Positions 10,093 to 18,783 of a stretch of 64,000 bases of DNA are shown piece by piece. This DNA is from Minisyncoccota bacterium (GTDB lineage: Bacteria; Patescibacteriota; Minisyncoccia; Phycocordibacterales; UBA1006): positions 110,814 through 174,813 of the forward strand of contig JAIPIY010000001.1 in NCBI GenBank assembly GCA_021734445.1, read 5' to 3'. Both the position numbers and the translations under genes were made by a program. Each line of letters opens with the position of its first letter. The stretch's first letter is position 1. The notes below the pieces were generated by a model. That model was not told where the DNA came from and did no database searches. It worked only from the letters and a program-made list of their open reading frames with translations.

Positions 10093-10140
10093 GTCACGAA
10101 TATTTTGCTTTACAAAATTTCTCGACCCCGACTCGGCGAC
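10093..10140. repeat. Conserved tRNA-downstream element copy (3' of tRNA-Val).
   Basis: gtcacgaatattttgctttacaaaatttctcgaccccgactcggcgac. Confidence 0.6.
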
Positions 10141-10244
10141 AATTTTGTAAGACAAAATCGTAAACCGCCTCCGTCTTTCAAGTCCCAATCTCTTGGTAAA
10201 ATACAAAAGCCCGAATGCTTTGCATCCGGACCTTGTATTTTATG

Positions 10245-10317
10245 TGCGCGATGAGGGACTTGAACCCCCGACCTTCTCGGTGTAAACGAGCTGCTCTACC
10301 AACTGAGCTAATCGCGC
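10245..10317 (-). tRNA. tRNA-Val (anticodon TAC).
   Basis: Acceptor GCGCGAT/ATCGCGC, D-arm GCTC AGTTGGTA GAGC, anticodon loop TTTACAC, T-loop TTCAAGT. Confidence 0.85.
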
Positions 10318-10354
10318 TATGTTTTTATTATAAAGAAAAATCTTTACTCCGTGT

Positions 10355-10399
10355 GTCACAAATAATTTTCCTAGCGAAAATTTTCGCGACCCCGACTCG
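10355..10399. repeat. Conserved tRNA-downstream element copy (3' of tRNA-Arg-TCT; the flanking tRNA-end copy is eroded).
   Basis: gtcacaaataattttcctagcgaaaattttcgcgaccccgactcg. Confidence 0.6.
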
Positions 10400-10447
10400 C
10401 CTGTGTTCCAAGTATTCACACTACGGCTCCGTCCGCACACTTCGCTC

Positions 10448-10469
10448 GAATGTAAAGAAATTTACATTC
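10448..10469. terminator. Hairpin GAATGTAAA gaaa TTTACATTC, 3' of tRNA-Arg.
   Basis: 9-bp perfect stem. Confidence 0.4.
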
Positions 10470-10481
10470 TTTACGCTCGTG

Positions 10482-10553
10482 TGCCCCCGCTAGGAATCGA
10501 ACCTAGATTAACGGCTTAGAAGTCCGCAGTTCTATCCATTGAACTACAGGGGC
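10482..10553 (-). tRNA. tRNA-Arg (anticodon TCT).
   Basis: Acceptor GCCCCTG/CGGGGGC, D-arm GTTC AATGGATA GAAC, anticodon loop CTTCTAA (one A.G mismatch at the stem base), T-loop TTCGATT. Confidence 0.7.
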
Positions 10554-10621
10554 ATCTTACCCTATCAGACCGTATACACGGTACCTAAAACGAAGGACCA
10601 ACAAAGTATAGCATATTTCGT

Positions 10622-10933
10622 TTATTGGTCAATATATTCGTTTGCCACCGGACGCATATCATTACGCTCTTCGAGAATTTCCAAAACTTTGTCCAAATTA
10701 TCTTGATGCAACACAGGAACGATCTGATCTGAAATAATTTCTTCTTCTACATGGATACGATCAGATACCACATAATAACGATATACAATTGCTGTAATCC
10801 CGAGGATTATAACGAAGCCAATAAAAAATCCTACTACAGACCATTGCCAAACAATAGTTGGTCGAAATCGTGAACGAATTTTTTTAATCGTTTCCTCAAG
10901 AGTGTTTATTGCTGTATCTGTTTTTATTATCAT
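10622..10933 (-). CDS. Small single-TM protein, first gene downstream of pilO (possible pilus assembly accessory).
   Basis: 103 aa with one TM (WSVVGFFIGFVIILGITAIVY). Confidence 0.4.
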   Translation of the reverse strand: MIIKTDTAINTLEETIKKIRSRFRPTIVWQWSVVGFFIGFVIILGITAIVYRYYVVSDRIHVEEEIISDQIVPVLHQDNLDKVLEILEERNDMRPVANEYIDQ

Positions 10934-10937
10934 ATTT

Positions 10938-11459
10938 TTATATCTGAGGAATAAAACTTGTCATACGACCAGTAATCACCAATCTCCACTGATCAATAAC
11001 TGGATCCTCCCCCTGAAACGGAGCAACAGAAACCTGATCAAGATCAATCACATAGGGTAATACTTCAAAGCGATGCAAGGCACGTGCGATGTTTTCAAAA
11101 TCCCCTCGAAAATCTACCCCCATCAATAAATGTGGTTCTTTTTCCTGTATGATATCCAACTGTGAAAGAGACAACACTACACCTTCTTCTGATGCCAGTG
11201 TTTCTAATTCTTTTATCAAATCAACGATATGCTGTTCTTCGATATGCATATTGTTTAATTGACTTTCAATAGAATCAATATCGCGTGTCATAATTCGTAA
11301 CGATTCAATTTGTTTTGTTTTTTGTTGCTCTTGTGCAAATTGTTTTTGAATTTCTTGGGTTTGTATTACAGTTTCTCGCACTTGTATCACCAAAAAAATA
11401 AACCCTGCAAGGATAAGAAGGCAAAAGATGCTACTGGTAATAAGGAGAGAATGTTTCAT
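10938..11459 (-). CDS. pilO: Type IV pilus assembly protein PilO-like.
   Basis: N-terminal TM plus coiled coil. Position after pilM/pilN. Confidence 0.5.
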   Translation of the reverse strand: MKHSLLITSSIFCLLILAGFIFLVIQVRETVIQTQEIQKQFAQEQQKTKQIESLRIMTRDIDSIESQLNNMHIEEQHIVDLIKELETLASEEGVVLSLSQLDIIQEKEPHLLMGVDFRGDFENIARALHRFEVLPYVIDLDQVSVAPFQGEDPVIDQWRLVITGRMTSFIPQI

Positions 11460-11460
11460 A

Positions 11461-12021
11461 TTATTGTGGTTCAGCTAATATTGCTGATAAAGAAAACGTC
11501 ACATCGTTTCCCGCTACAAAATGTGATACTGGAACAACAACATCAAGAAACGCGGGGTGATTTTTTATCGTTTGTATAAAAAATAATAAATCTTCTCGAG
11601 TCTGTGCAATACCACGCATAAACACAGTACCAGGGTTATCTTCTGTTGATTGAACAATACGTATTTCTTGTAATGCAATTCCTGCTGATGCTTTTTCACC
11701 CAGAACTATAACAATATCTGAAATGGTCGGCTGTTGAAAAGTAACCAAAGCTTTTTTTGTTTTTGTATTCACATCACGGATTCTTTTTACAATATCGCGA
11801 TATTCTTGATTTTCATCTTGATCCAATAACGTTTGCAAAGAAGCTTCTGCAATAGAGTAATTAACCCGTGCATACATATATAATCCCGAAAAAAGAATCC
11901 CCGCACACAACAACAGCGCCATACCCATATACAACACAATCATAACCGAACGTTTTTTCATTTCTCGATCGATTTGTTTTTTGTATTCTGTTGTTAAAAT
12001 ATTAATAGTCATATATTTCAC
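11461..12021 (-). CDS. pilN: Type IV pilus assembly protein PilN-like.
   Basis: Single TM after a short cytoplasmic N-terminus, then a periplasmic coiled coil. Overlaps the pilM stop. Confidence 0.5.
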   Translation of the reverse strand: MKYMTINILTTEYKKQIDREMKKRSVMIVLYMGMALLLCAGILFSGLYMYARVNYSIAEASLQTLLDQDENQEYRDIVKRIRDVNTKTKKALVTFQQPTISDIVIVLGEKASAGIALQEIRIVQSTEDNPGTVFMRGIAQTREDLLFFIQTIKNHPAFLDVVVPVSHFVAGNDVTFSLSAILAEPQ

Positions 12022-13102
12022 CTAATGCCAAACCCAAAGCAGTGGCATATGATAACGATTCTTCTTGGGATAATGCTGGAATATCTTCATCAAAAGACAA
12101 AATATTTTTCCATACCGAAGCTACCGTAACGGGCATATGCATCGTCGATGATAAATATTCTGCAAATCCAGGTAATAACGATCCTCCTCCCACCAAATAC
12201 ATTCCATCAATAGTTCCAGAAACTCCTGGTAATTTACCATGGGCGGTATGCCAATATAGGTAGTGTTTATTTATTTCATCACGCAATGCACTAATATTAT
12301 TAATCACGGTAAAGAAATAATCTTGGTCATCCGTATTGTGTAATAATCCTCGTGATTGTTTTATGGTTTCTGCTTCTTCTTTTGAAATCTGAAAATATTT
12401 TGCGATGGCTTCGGTTAATGAATCAGATCCAATATCCAATGTCGATGTAAACACCGTAGCGCCAGAAACGATAATAGAAAAACCTGATCGATTCTTTCCA
12501 TAGTCAACCAAAATATACGTTCCTGCATCATGTCGAGGAACTGTAACCCGTGATAATGCATGCACCTCTAATTCCCCCACTAATGGACGCAATCCAGCTG
12601 ATAGAAAAGCACGCGTATAGGTTTCAATAATTTCTCGTGGAAATGCAGTAACGCTGATTAATAACGAATCCTCGTGTTCACGAAAAATTTCATATCCAAA
12701 AGAAATATCGGATTCTGGCAAAGGAACATGTTCTTCTATCTGCAAACGAATAGCTTCTTCTAAATGAGGTAAAGCTTTTTTAGGTAACATAATCGAAAAA
12801 ACATACGCATGTTCTTCAGGTAAAGAAAACCGAACCCAACTGGCTTTTGTTTTTTGTTGAATAGAACGCAATGCCGAAGTAAAAGCAGGAATATCATGAA
12901 CAACACCTGAAACAACAATATCTTTTTGGAGAGCATGTTCTCCATATTCTCCTAATTTCAGAGATGTATTTTTTCTTTTCAGGGTAGCAAAACGTAATGT
13001 GTCATCAGAAATATCAATAGACAATGCAGGCATACGTGCAAACGCAGGTGCAGGGAAAAGTTTTTGAATCACGTGAGAAAACTTCATAGATATAGTATAC
13101 AC
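12002..13102 (-). CDS. pilM: Type IV pilus assembly ATPase-fold protein PilM.
   Basis: 366 aa with an actin-like fold signature (LSIDISDDTLRFATLK ... MYLVGGGSLLPGFAEYL). Confidence 0.65.
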   Translation of the reverse strand: MYTISMKFSHVIQKLFPAPAFARMPALSIDISDDTLRFATLKRKNTSLKLGEYGEHALQKDIVVSGVVHDIPAFTSALRSIQQKTKASWVRFSLPEEHAYVFSIMLPKKALPHLEEAIRLQIEEHVPLPESDISFGYEIFREHEDSLLISVTAFPREIIETYTRAFLSAGLRPLVGELEVHALSRVTVPRHDAGTYILVDYGKNRSGFSIIVSGATVFTSTLDIGSDSLTEAIAKYFQISKEEAETIKQSRGLLHNTDDQDYFFTVINNISALRDEINKHYLYWHTAHGKLPGVSGTIDGMYLVGGGSLLPGFAEYLSSTMHMPVTVASVWKNILSFDEDIPALSQEESLSYATALGLALGEIYDY

Positions 13103-13120
13103 GAAATATCTCTCTTGGGT

Positions 13121-13699
13121 CTAGTTTTTTAAAACAAAATAAAGAATTACCATACACACAAATAATATAGTTATCATGCGCAGATGTTTTACATAATGCG
13201 ACAATACGATTCGCGCTCGATCTCCAAATAAAAATACAATATACGCTTCGATATAAAAACGTAATCCACGACCCAACACTGAACCCAAAATAAACGGTAT
13301 CAAAGGGACCTGAAAAAATCCGCCTAAAATGGTAAATAATTTAAACGGAATAGGGGTAAACGCTGTGATAAACATGGTGACAAAAGTAGCTGATGCAAAC
13401 AAATGTGCAATCGTTGTGATATAATTTTTTGTATCATAAAACTGCACCAATGATTCAGCAAAACCTTCAAAAAGAAAAAAACCCAACGCATAACCAGCCA
13501 GCCCGCCCAAGATAGAAGCAACAGTGGTAATACCTGCATATCGCCACCATGCGTGTTTATTAGCAAAAACCATAGGTATCAGTAATATATCAGCTGGAAT
13601 CGGGAAAAAGGAACTTTCTATAAAAGATACAATCGCCAAAACCCATACCGAAGTACGTGATACAAGCCAATTTTGTACTATATGCAACCACCGATTCAT
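13121..13699 (-). CDS. DedA/VTT-domain family membrane protein.
   Basis: FIESSFFPIPADILLIPM ... GRGLRFYIEAYIVFLFGDR are typical DedA motifs. Confidence 0.65.
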   Translation of the reverse strand: MNRWLHIVQNWLVSRTSVWVLAIVSFIESSFFPIPADILLIPMVFANKHAWWRYAGITTVASILGGLAGYALGFFLFEGFAESLVQFYDTKNYITTIAHLFASATFVTMFITAFTPIPFKLFTILGGFFQVPLIPFILGSVLGRGLRFYIEAYIVFLFGDRARIVLSHYVKHLRMITILFVCMVILYFVLKN

Positions 13700-13703
13700 A
13701 TAA

Positions 13704-14051
13704 TTATCGAACCACGGTACCGGGTGCCACAGATGTTTCTGGAACTAAAAATACTGGTTTTCCATCGATACCATCCACCGCCATCAACATACCATTACTG
13801 GTCACACCGCGAATATCACGTGGTTCCAGATTAGTTACATACAATAATTGTTTCCCAACCAATAGTTCATATTCGGGATAATATTCTCGAATTCCAGATA
13901 CAATCTGTCGCAAGACTGAATTCCCTTCGTCATCTTTTTCTCCAAAATCAATCTCACAACGCAATAACTTATCAGACCCCTCGACCGGTTCAACTAATTT
14001 CACAGTACCAATTTGCATGGTTAATTTTTTAAAATCATCGTAGGTAATCAT
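13704..14051 (-). CDS. tRNA-binding domain protein (CsaA/Trbp111/EMAP-like OB fold).
   Basis: LLVGKQLLYVTNLEPRDIRGVTSNGMLMAVDG. Confidence 0.6.
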   Translation of the reverse strand: MITYDDFKKLTMQIGTVKLVEPVEGSDKLLRCEIDFGEKDDEGNSVLRQIVSGIREYYPEYELLVGKQLLYVTNLEPRDIRGVTSNGMLMAVDGIDGKPVFLVPETSVAPGTVVR

Positions 14052-14076
14052 AGGGTTTATAGTAAAGGTTAATCTA

Positions 14077-14493
14077 TTATTTTTGTTTGTCTAAATATCT
14101 TTGTAACATAATCGCAGCTGCTAATGCATCGTCTTCGCCAGTTGGCTTTTTTGCACGACTACGTGACACATTTTTTTCTGGAACCAAAGACTGCAAAGCT
14201 GATCTGGTAGTAAAATCTTCACGTTGAGTATCAATAGGAATCTGCACCAAAAATGACATTTGCCCTATGAAATCTCGCACGTCATCCATAATCGCATTAT
14301 CGTTTCCTTTTGCATCTTTTGATTCTCCTATAATGATTTTTTCTACTCGTTCATCTGATACAATTTTTGCAATCACATGATGAATATCTGCTGTTGTTGG
14401 AATCACTTTGTAAGCAAAAGCCATAGAACCATCATCGTCTGACAATGCTAATCCTATTTTCTTTTTTCCATAATCAATTCCCAAATACCGCAT
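14077..14493 (-). CDS. ruvX: Holliday junction resolvase-like YqgF/RuvX.
   Basis: MRYLGIDYGKKKIGLALSDDDGSMAFAYKVI; 138 aa. Confidence 0.75.
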   Translation of the reverse strand: MRYLGIDYGKKKIGLALSDDDGSMAFAYKVIPTTADIHHVIAKIVSDERVEKIIIGESKDAKGNDNAIMDDVRDFIGQMSFLVQIPIDTQREDFTTRSALQSLVPEKNVSRSRAKKPTGEDDALAAAIMLQRYLDKQK

Positions 14494-14494
14494 A

Positions 14495-15262
14495 TTATTC
14501 AGAAGCTACCGTAATAGGTAACATACATTCATGAGATTGCCCTTCGTCTGGACCAGCAGGATTATTATCAGTAAAAATTAACTGTGCGTTCATATCTGCT
14601 GGAATAGATGATAATGCAGGCACAACCAAAGAGAATGGTTTTGGATTTCCATTCATCCAATCAACAGACAGACTCATCAAAACAGGTCCAGCCAATACGG
14701 TACCCTGCATATCTTTGATCACTACATGACCTGCTTCCCCTTCGAATACAGTCCAATCCTGAGGGTTTGATGTAGGATGAATAAATCCTGAAACTTCTAA
14801 CGGAAAAGAAAGATTTTCTAATGTTGTTGGTTGTGCAATAGCCAACCCTAAACAAGCTTGTGCTTCGTTTTCATTTTCAAATGTGTATTCTGTTTCTTGA
14901 ATTTTCGCATGTAATGCCTGTCTGGTCAGTAGATCCACAATACCAGTTTGTGGTACACCTGCATCCAACTGAAATGCCAACACTGCATCTTCGGTATACG
15001 AATAATAATGCCCGTTTGGTTCCCCATTCAGATATCCATGATCGATAAGAAATTCTTGTAATTTTCGAATCTCTTCGTTGTTCTCCATTCCGTACTGTAA
15101 ATTTTGTGTAAACACAGGAACAAAAGATTCGTCCAATTCTTCGAAATCAACTTCGGAAATAACTTGAACCGGTTCGTCTTTTGATTTTGTATATACTGCG
15201 ATACCAATACCCACGAGAACGATTATAAACAAGCTAAAGAAAAATTTAAATGGTGTTGTCAT
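14495..15262 (-). CDS. Secreted protein with a peptidoglycan-binding (PG_binding_1-like) domain.
   Basis: N-terminal TM/signal; motif YSYTEDAVLAFQLDAGVPQTGIVDLLTRQAL. Confidence 0.5.
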   Translation of the reverse strand: MTTPFKFFFSLFIIVLVGIGIAVYTKSKDEPVQVISEVDFEELDESFVPVFTQNLQYGMENNEEIRKLQEFLIDHGYLNGEPNGHYYSYTEDAVLAFQLDAGVPQTGIVDLLTRQALHAKIQETEYTFENENEAQACLGLAIAQPTTLENLSFPLEVSGFIHPTSNPQDWTVFEGEAGHVVIKDMQGTVLAGPVLMSLSVDWMNGNPKPFSLVVPALSSIPADMNAQLIFTDNNPAGPDEGQSHECMLPITVASE

Positions 15263-15430
15263 ATAAAAAAATAAGTGATAAAAACGGGATTAACCTTGAA
15301 TATAGTATAGCATATATACACTCACCTGAAAAAATTGCAGACTTTTGCTGTATATGATAGGATGCTTTTGTATACATATGTTATACAAAGACCTATCTTA
15401 TAAAGGCAATAATGCTTTTAAAAAGATATT

Positions 15431-15517
15431 GGAGGAGTGGCAGAGAGGTCGATTGCACTTGTCTTGAAAACAAGAGTCTGGGGAACCGGACCGTGAGTTC
15501 GAATCTCACCTCCTCCG
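15431..15517 (+). tRNA. tRNA-Ser (anticodon TGA), type II.
   Basis: Acceptor GGAGGAG/CTCCTCC+G, anticodon stem CTTGT/ACAAG, loop CTTGAAA, long variable arm, T-loop TTCGAAT. Anchored via ORF 15412. Confidence 0.85.
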
Positions 15518-15620
15518 CAACGACCCGAAAGGGTGATGTCTATTACCCGATTGGGTTGTCGGCGCGTGAGAATGTGAGATTCGAAAGACGGAGGCGCGAA
15601 GCCGATTCGCAGAATCGTTG

Positions 15621-15664
15621 CCGAGTCAGGGTCGTGAAATTTTGCGTAGCAAAATATTCCTGAC
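15621..15664. repeat. Conserved tRNA-downstream element copy (3' of tRNA-Ser), ending in CTGAC.
   Basis: ccgagtcagggtcgtgaaattttgcgtagcaaaatattcctgac. Confidence 0.6.
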
Positions 15665-15685
15665 CGAATCTCACCTCCTCCGCAA
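15665..15685. repeat. 21-nt direct copy of the tRNA-Ser 3' end (identical to 15500-15520), beginning at T-loop C56.
   Basis: Exact identity verified through the ORF 15412 frame. Confidence 0.85.
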
Positions 15686-15731
15686 TTAGTATTTAGTATC
15701 GGAGTGACCCAAGAGCTTATAATCAATAAAC

Positions 15732-16148
15732 ATGGCTGAAGACTTTTCTAAAAATTTGGTCAAAGAATACTCGCATTGGAGTATCTATGTGCATGACAAT
15801 CAAGGGTATCTCGGACGATGTGTTATTTGGTGCAAAAGAGAAGATGCTCTCGACATGGTGGATGCAACTGAGGATGAGCAGAGAGAACTCTTTCTAGTAT
15901 TGAGAGATCTCCAAAAAGCTTCCAAAGATTGCTTTAATCCCGACTGGTTCAACTATGCCTTTTTGGGAAACGAAACTCGCCACCTACATGGCCACTTTAT
16001 TCCTCGGTACAAAGAGCCGAAGACTTTTATGGATACTACTTTTGAAGATAAATTATGGGGTCATAACTATAAAACCGACCACTCTTTCATTATTTCAGAC
16101 GAGCTATTGCAAGCGGTTAGAAATAAACTCAAAGCTTCTCTTGGATAG
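15732..16148 (+). CDS. HIT-family (histidine triad) hydrolase-like protein.
   Basis: HLHGHFIPR triad motif; 138 aa. Confidence 0.55.
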   Translation: MAEDFSKNLVKEYSHWSIYVHDNQGYLGRCVIWCKREDALDMVDATEDEQRELFLVLRDLQKASKDCFNPDWFNYAFLGNETRHLHGHFIPRYKEPKTFMDTTFEDKLWGHNYKTDHSFIISDELLQAVRNKLKASLG

Positions 16149-16290
16149 AAATATCTCAACTGACCCGAGTACCTCAAACAAGTCCTCAGAATTACTCTGA
16201 AATACCCTTATGGTGTCTCACCGCTCTGGTACTGAACCCAAGTGGTCCACTATTAACAGATAGCACGACATACCATATGTTAAAGCAAAC

Positions 16291-16316
16291 AAAAAGCACA
16301 AAATTCTGTGCTTTTT
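16291..16316. terminator. Bidirectional hairpin AAAAAGCACA aaattc TGTGCTTTTT between convergent genes.
   Basis: 10-bp stem flanked by A and T runs. Confidence 0.5.
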
Positions 16317-16327
16317 GTTTTACCTAA

Positions 16328-16885
16328 TTATTTGATTATTACCTTGAATTCGTATTCTTGCAAAAATACTGTCTCCATTCCATCACCATACCCGTTTAGT
16401 TTATCTTTCTTGTCTTCTGTATAATGCGGAATCATACGAATTGGAAGAATCTTTAGTCCTTCCAAAACCTGATCGGCATGAGGACTATAAAAGTAAGTGG
16501 AAAATATGTTGGCTCCCGCTGATTCTCCTGCGACAATCTTCTCTTTGAAATAAGAAGACAAATCACCATAAGGCTTGAGCGCCTCTAGTAATTTAGTACT
16601 TACTCCTCCGTGAAAATATATAACATCAGCACCTGCAAGTTGCTTGAGAAAATCATCGTGAGTAGCTACAGTTATATGCAAAATCTTTCCATCAGACACA
16701 ATTTGGAACTCTTTCGAGATTTTTTCTGTGGCAGGGATAATTCTATCCTCATCTTTTGCGAATGGTACAAGAAGAATATTTGTATCATCAGATGCATCTT
16801 TTAGGATCTCAGAATAAAACAGACGATTATCCTCATTTGTTTTGTTTTTATCAAAACCGCCATGGAGAATGAATTTAGTAGCCAT
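16328..16885 (-). CDS. Peptidase S51 (dipeptidase E/cyanophycinase-like) family protein.
   Basis: VIYFHGG ... GESAGANI nucleophile-elbow motif. Confidence 0.5.
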   Translation of the reverse strand: MATKFILHGGFDKNKTNEDNRLFYSEILKDASDDTNILLVPFAKDEDRIIPATEKISKEFQIVSDGKILHITVATHDDFLKQLAGADVIYFHGGVSTKLLEALKPYGDLSSYFKEKIVAGESAGANIFSTYFYSPHADQVLEGLKILPIRMIPHYTEDKKDKLNGYGDGMETVFLQEYEFKVIIK

Positions 16886-16887
16886 AA

Positions 16888-17811
16888 TTAGTTTACTTTG
16901 TTGTTATCAGTTCCTATAGTTAATAAATTGATCATCGATTTGGTGGCCATATCGCTACATAACCTTATCTCTGTTGCCGTATTAAACGCATTCGAAGCAT
17001 TGAAACAATACCAAACTCCCATTGGCAGGTTATTTGATTCTTGGTTATGGATTGGGTGATCAGAAACTCCACGAATACGACCTGTTTTGAGTTCAGCAAG
17101 TAGCGCCTCCTCATCAATAATATTTTCTGCCATAAAAGTCACGAGAAGTGCACCGTCTTTCATTTGTGCCAATTGGTCTTTCCCAAAGAAATTTTTGCCC
17201 GCATCTTTTGAGACACACAAAAATACTATATCGCTATCCTTGAGTAGAGTGTCTAACTCCTTGTATTCAATTTGGGAATCATCGTGTTTATGTTTACTGA
17301 AATATGAAATTGAAGCTGGTCGAAACGGCTGTAGCATTTTTTCAATTTCTTTTCCGATTCTTCCAAGCCCTACGATACCGATATGTTGATTTTCAATCCC
17401 TTTACTCGTCATAAATTTCTTCTCACCGGCACGGCCTAAGTCAAAAACATTTCGATTCATAGCAAGTGCCATGGTCACTGCCCACTCTGCAACAGCATGA
17501 GTTGGAGCATCAGGGGTGTTTGCGATAATAATTCCTTTACTGGTCACATACTCATGATTTGGAATGAAATCCTTGTATCCGATTCCAGTAAACACGATTG
17601 CTTTGAGATTATCAGCTGAATCAATAATCTTATCAGTTAGCGTTTCAATGCCTCCAAGGATATATCCATCTTTTCCCTTAATAGCCTCAATCAACTCTTC
17701 CTCAGTTGCCTGTGGCTTGTCCAAGCGTTCAATCTCAAAACCAGCGTCACGGAGCTTTTCCTCGTGTTCTGAGAGTATGAATAGAGAGTCTGTTATTAGT
17801 ATTGATTTCAT
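16888..17811 (-). CDS. D-isomer-specific 2-hydroxyacid dehydrogenase family, NAD-binding.
   Basis: GIVGLGRIGKEIEKML Rossmann motif; 307 aa. Confidence 0.7.
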   Translation of the reverse strand: MKSILITDSLFILSEHEEKLRDAGFEIERLDKPQATEEELIEAIKGKDGYILGGIETLTDKIIDSADNLKAIVFTGIGYKDFIPNHEYVTSKGIIIANTPDAPTHAVAEWAVTMALAMNRNVFDLGRAGEKKFMTSKGIENQHIGIVGLGRIGKEIEKMLQPFRPASISYFSKHKHDDSQIEYKELDTLLKDSDIVFLCVSKDAGKNFFGKDQLAQMKDGALLVTFMAENIIDEEALLAELKTGRIRGVSDHPIHNQESNNLPMGVWYCFNASNAFNTATEIRLCSDMATKSMINLLTIGTDNNKVN

Positions 17812-17854
17812 AAATCCATTTTAACATTTTTTCAGCTTTTTTTCTATGAGAAAT

Positions 17855-18058
17855 TTATTTTTTATATTCTAAAATATCTCCAGGCTGACAATCTAATGCT
17901 TTGCAAATTGCCTCCAAGGTTCCTAACCGAACAGCTTTTGCCTTTCCATTTTTTAATATAGAAATATTGGCCATGGTTATCCCAACCCTGTCTGCCAGTT
18001 CAGTGACGCTCATTTTTCTTTTTGCCAGCATTACGTCTATGTTGATTATTATTGCCAT
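17855..18058 (-). CDS. XRE-family helix-turn-helix transcriptional regulator.
   Basis: MLAKRKMSVTELADRVGITMANISILKNGKAKAVRLGTLEAICKALDCQPGDIL. Confidence 0.8.
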   Translation of the reverse strand: MAIIINIDVMLAKRKMSVTELADRVGITMANISILKNGKAKAVRLGTLEAICKALDCQPGDILEYKK

Positions 18059-18065
18059 ACTATTT

Positions 18066-18578
18066 TTAAACAGTTAAATCGTTTTCCGACTTTATATCTA
18101 TTGCATGTTGTAATAACCTCTCTAGAATCGCAACAAAAACTGCAACAGTAAATGATGCCCCTACAAAGACAAGCCCAATAACAACAATCCCTGGTGCATC
18201 ATCGGCGTCCGCCAATATAAAGAACTGTGGTAGAGACGCCACATACAAGACACTAATCGTAACAGCACAGTATTTTATTTTTTTCAAAGTCTCTCGGGAA
18301 AATTCCGAAAAAGCGATATTTTTGTCTATACAATTAAGAAGTTTCCAAGCTTGGAACAATGCTATATAAAAAGGAATTGCAGTAAACCAAATAGTAAGAA
18401 CAAGAGGACTAACTAATCGGTCGAAATACGACATATTTCGTATCCCTTCCCCCGCCAAGCCGACAAACATAATAATACACAAGCCCAGCACCATAAGCCC
18501 CAGAACAACGAGAGCCAGCCGGAGAAAAATTGTTGACCCTCGTTTTATAGATAGTATTGATTTATGTTGTATATTCAT
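18066..18578 (-). CDS. Multi-TM membrane protein (DUF2975-like) that usually pairs with short XRE regulators.
   Basis: 170 aa, 4 predicted TM segments, immediately downstream of the XRE gene. Confidence 0.5.
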   Translation of the reverse strand: MNIQHKSILSIKRGSTIFLRLALVVLGLMVLGLCIIMFVGLAGEGIRNMSYFDRLVSPLVLTIWFTAIPFYIALFQAWKLLNCIDKNIAFSEFSRETLKKIKYCAVTISVLYVASLPQFFILADADDAPGIVVIGLVFVGASFTVAVFVAILERLLQHAIDIKSENDLTV

Positions 18579-18783
18579 AGTGCTATCTTAATTTATTATA
18601 TATCGTTTGTCAATATATTATTATTATTATTAAAACAAAAAGTGGTTTTCAAAGAATATTAAGGCAGGAAATGACTGCCAAAAGCTATTGTGCGACATTC
18701 ATAAAACAAGAAAGCGACATTACGGCTTTAATCTTTTATTGTGCGACATTCAAATTCCCTTTCTCTACTTGATCAACATACAA

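Noticed and set aside
10072-10493. ORFs 10072-10254 (+), 10215-10493 (+) and 10240-10440 (-) in the tRNA-Val/Arg region.
   Set aside because: They are read across two tRNA genes and the duplicated tRNA 3' end; the repeated MCAMRDL is the translation of the direct repeat. They were useful only as coordinate anchors.
15412-15726. ORFs 15412-15663 (+) and 15418-15726 (-) over tRNA-Ser.
   Set aside because: They overlap the tRNA and its downstream module and have no coding signature.
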